NCBI GenBank assembly: GCA_036172245.1
Contig: JAYWIR010000057.1
Span: 744,001 to 808,000, forward strand
DNA from: Raillietiella orientalis
Taxonomy: Eukaryota
Direction of reading: 5' to 3'
DNA length: 64,000 nucleotides
Of this stretch, positions 60,925-64,000 are shown piece by piece. Numbering within the stretch: position 1 is the stretch's first letter; each line of letters starts with the position of its first letter. Made by a program: the position numbers and the translations under genes. The notes under the pieces are model-generated. The model was not told the DNA's origin. It made no database searches and worked only from the letters and a program-made list of their open reading frames with translations.

Positions 60925-63900
60925 TGCCACCCGTGTACGCCCGGGGCGTTTATTGAAAACTACAAAAACATTAAACTAGGCCCCACTAACGGCCGCACAG
61001 CACCGAACCTGGCGGAACGCCGGGACGGAGCCCGGCATGACGCTCCTCGGCAGTGGAGGGGGATGGGGAATAAAACAAAAATAAAAATAAAGATATAGAA
61101 AACCAAAAAGAGTTTGGAGGGAGGGGAAGGGATCATTGTCCACTAGGAGGAGGGCCCATCCTTCGCAGGATGCCCTCCAGGTCCATCTTCATGCTTCCCA
61201 GATGGGGCCATCTCGCAGCTCTCCGCATGAAGCAGACCGCATACGGGATGACTACCCTCTCGTTGGCATCCACTGCGTCGCGAATGTCGCTCCACGCCGA
61301 CACGATGCCTCGGATGCAGCAGAGGTCCCCGAGGGCTGCGGCGGGCTGCAGGGCGTCCCGCACGAAGAGGGGCCGAAGAACGTCTCTGGGCGTGCTGCCC
61401 ATTGGGAGCCCGAGTGTCGTCCCGAACCGTTCCCTCAGGGTTCGGAAAGCAGCACAGTCAACTAGTAGGTGGGAGAGCGATTCCCGCTCCCCACACCTGG
61501 CCCACTCAGGGCTTACACTTCCTCGCGTGCAGTGGAAGCGGCGCGCGTTGCAGGGTATACCCCAGTGCAACAGCAGCAGCGCCGTCTCTTGCCACTTTAG
61601 AGGGAGAAAACTGGATCCGATGAGAATTGGGGGCCACTTGAGGTCATCCGTCGGGATGCCGAGCAGCTCGCCCCATCTCAGAAGTCCACGTGGGAGGGCA
61701 CTAGGGGTCGTGGCGTCTGCCAGTTCTCCCATGGTCCAGCCGCTCATCTTTTTTCCCTTCCTGCGATTCAGCAGGAGACTTGCCACTTTGGCGTCCGGCC
61801 GCTGGTTAAGGCCCTCCGTAGGAAGGGCAGCGTCGAAGCCAAAGGGGTGGTCTCCGCCCACGTGCTCCTGGCGGGACACTCCAGAGTAGTCCGTAGGGTG
61901 CAGCAGGCGTTGGGGACGAGTCGCAGGCGGTTCCATTCACGTCCAGTCTGAAGGTTCAGCTTGGCACACGTGCCAACGGATTCCTCCAGCCAGGCGGAGG
62001 AGTTGGCGGGGCTGCATACCGTCGAGCCGTTCTCTCTCACCAGGGATTCCATGCGCCCAAGGTGAAGGCCGCATTTTCTGAACTTCCGGCCGTGGCACAG
62101 AAGGTATGACGCGAGTCCTTGCGTCCTGGATACACGGCTGGCGAGGATGCGGGCTGGAAAGCACCAAGAGGTGCTTCATGTATTTGCTGCGATGGCGAGG
62201 GTGCGCCATTGCAGCTGTATGTGCAGGCGTTCCAGCGTCAAAGGGCCGAGACCGCCGTCCCGACGTGGAGCGCATAAGTCCTTTAGAGGCACACGTGGCC
62301 TCCCCATGCCCCAGAGGGCGATGCGGAGAAGGGCTTTCGTCCTCTTTTTCAACTCAGGGGAGACGGGGCACACAAAAAGCAGGGGGCGGAGGATGGTAGC
62401 CGCGAACGCGTTCCACACTGCGGCCCTTTCCGGCAGAAAGAACTTGCCTTCTAGGAACGGTCCGATTTCCAACTCTACCTTTTGGAGACGACCTGACCTG
62501 GCTTCTGCGAGGCAGAAGTCCCCCAACGGAACACCCAGGTACTTCAGGTACCTGGCCGTGGGAATCCCCATGCGGATCCAGTCAGGCCGTCGAGCCTACG
62601 TCGCACCCACCGGTACCACCGACGACTTCGCCTTGTTAACCTGCAATCCAGTCCCACGGCTTAGCAGATCGTAGAAATCCTCGACTGCGGTTGCCGGGGA
62701 GGACATGGGCAACATCAGCAGAAGATCGTCGGCGTATGCAGCTACTGCGGGCGTGCCAAGGCACCAGCTTGGTAAGGCAGCCAAAGTCACCCTGTACGCT
62801 CTCAGCACCAACTCAAAGTAGGTGCTGAAGAGCTGGGGACTGAGGCTATCGCCCTGCCGTATGCCCCGCCGCACCGGCATGCCGTACACCTGTTGGCTGG
62901 AAAAGCAGATGTTAACAATGGCGTGGCGCCAGTAGGAGCGCAGGAAGGAGAGAAGGGAGGGTGGGAAGCCCATGCGACCCAGGAGCTCCAACAGTAGCTC
63001 CTGGTCAACGCAGTCGAACGCCTTATGGAGATCGACCGCGATCGCTAGGGCCCCCTTCCCAGCCCGGGTGTCCATTCCCAGCCCAGCTGGCGGCCCCAAA
63101 GTGGGGTTGCCAATCTTTCCGCCAGTGTCGTTTAGGCAGCGCTGCACATGGAACCATGTGCTCGCGAAGAACAGGTTGGCATCCATACTTCTCCCGGGAA
63201 CAGCGTATGTCTGCTCCGGGCTAATTATGGAGTCTGCCACCTGTCCTAGACGCGAAGCCCACAGTCCAGCGACCAGCTTGGCGTCCGTATTCACAATTGT
63301 GATCGGACGCCAGTTGCCTAGGGATCTCAGGTCTCCTCCCTTCGGGAGGAGCCTCACACGGGCTGACCGAAACGAGGCGGGAACGTCGCCTTCGTCTCGG
63401 ATCAGCGCGGTCAACTGGAGCACCAGGGGGGCCAGCTCTGCTGCGAAGCATTGAAAAAATTCCGCAGGCAGGCCGTCCTTCCCTGGAGCCTTACGCCTCT
63501 TGAGCCTTTTAATACCGGCGAGAATTTCACCGGTAGAAAAAGGCTCGTTGAGGCTGTTCCTGTCCTCCTCCCCTATTGCCGGGGCTCCGTCCGGAAGCAG
63601 GAGCCGCGATGCGTCTCGCTCTGGGGGTGCCCTAGCGTAGAGGGAGGAATAGTAATGCCGCACGAGGCGCCTGATCGCGGGTGGGCCCGATCGCTCCCGG
63701 CCTTGGTCGTCCAGCAAGCTGGTCGACCCGGATTGCCAGGCTTGGCGCTGGGCTCCGGCTCGATATTCGGCCAGGCGACGGACATTGGGGGTCCTCTCGT
63801 ACCGGCGGGCCTGTAAATAGGCCGTTTGGTTCCGAACCCCCTCCCCAAATCCGGGGGGCAGGCGGTGCAGGGGAACTCCTCGCAGAACTCGCGGACCGAG

Positions 63901-64000
63901 TCCTCTAAGAGGTCCCAATCTATGAGACTGCGGAGGGTGACGCCTCTCAGGAATTTGCGAAGGTGTTCCTGCGCACCTGAGAGCCGCGTCCAGTCCCCAG
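60925..64000 (-). mobile_element. L1/Tx1-like LINE, copy A (RT, C-terminal Zn motif and 3' end); runs off the window
   Basis: ORF 62596-63918 has KAPGKDGLPAEFF, NWRPITIVNTDAKL, DLHKAFD, GIRQGDSLSPQLF and AYADDL. It is followed by KYLGVPL, GGLG and RCGERESLSHLLVDC. AATAAA plus a terminal hairpin at 60930-60954. Several frameshifts. Confidence 0.93.

Noticed and set aside
60383..60979. 198-aa plus-strand ORF as an independent gene
   Set aside because: It is a chimera of antisense RT sequence and the inverted APE fragment.
1..64000. CRISPR arrays, operons or other prokaryotic systems
   Set aside because: No regularly spaced repeat-spacer array was seen. A spliced gene, U2 snRNA and LINEs show the DNA is eukaryotic.

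Overview
Eukaryotic, most likely invertebrate genomic DNA. It may be a nematode: the introns are very short, TTTCAG acceptors occur, and the U2 5' end is of invertebrate type. There is one clear host gene, mitochondrial methionyl-tRNA formyltransferase (13459-14711, +, five exons, 42-44 nt introns). The rest is mostly decayed transposable elements: many copies of an APE-type L1/Tx1-like LINE family, other LINE, Gypsy and hAT relics, and an internally deleted Utopia-type retrotransposon sitting behind the 5' end of a U2 snRNA. The most unusual part is about 43-58 kb, a dense cluster of endogenous viral elements. It holds three CRESS-DNA-virus Rep relics, a perfect rolling-circle origin stem-loop (loop TCAGTGTTAC) plus a degenerate second one, and two paralogous negative-strand RNA virus nucleoprotein-like pseudogenes (qinvirus-like by recalled motifs). 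It also holds a rhabdovirus-G-like fragment wedged between the origin and a Rep tail, and a possible L-protein relic. Almost everything from 44.7 kb to the window end lies on the minus strand. All family assignments come from motif recognition by eye; no database searches were run.
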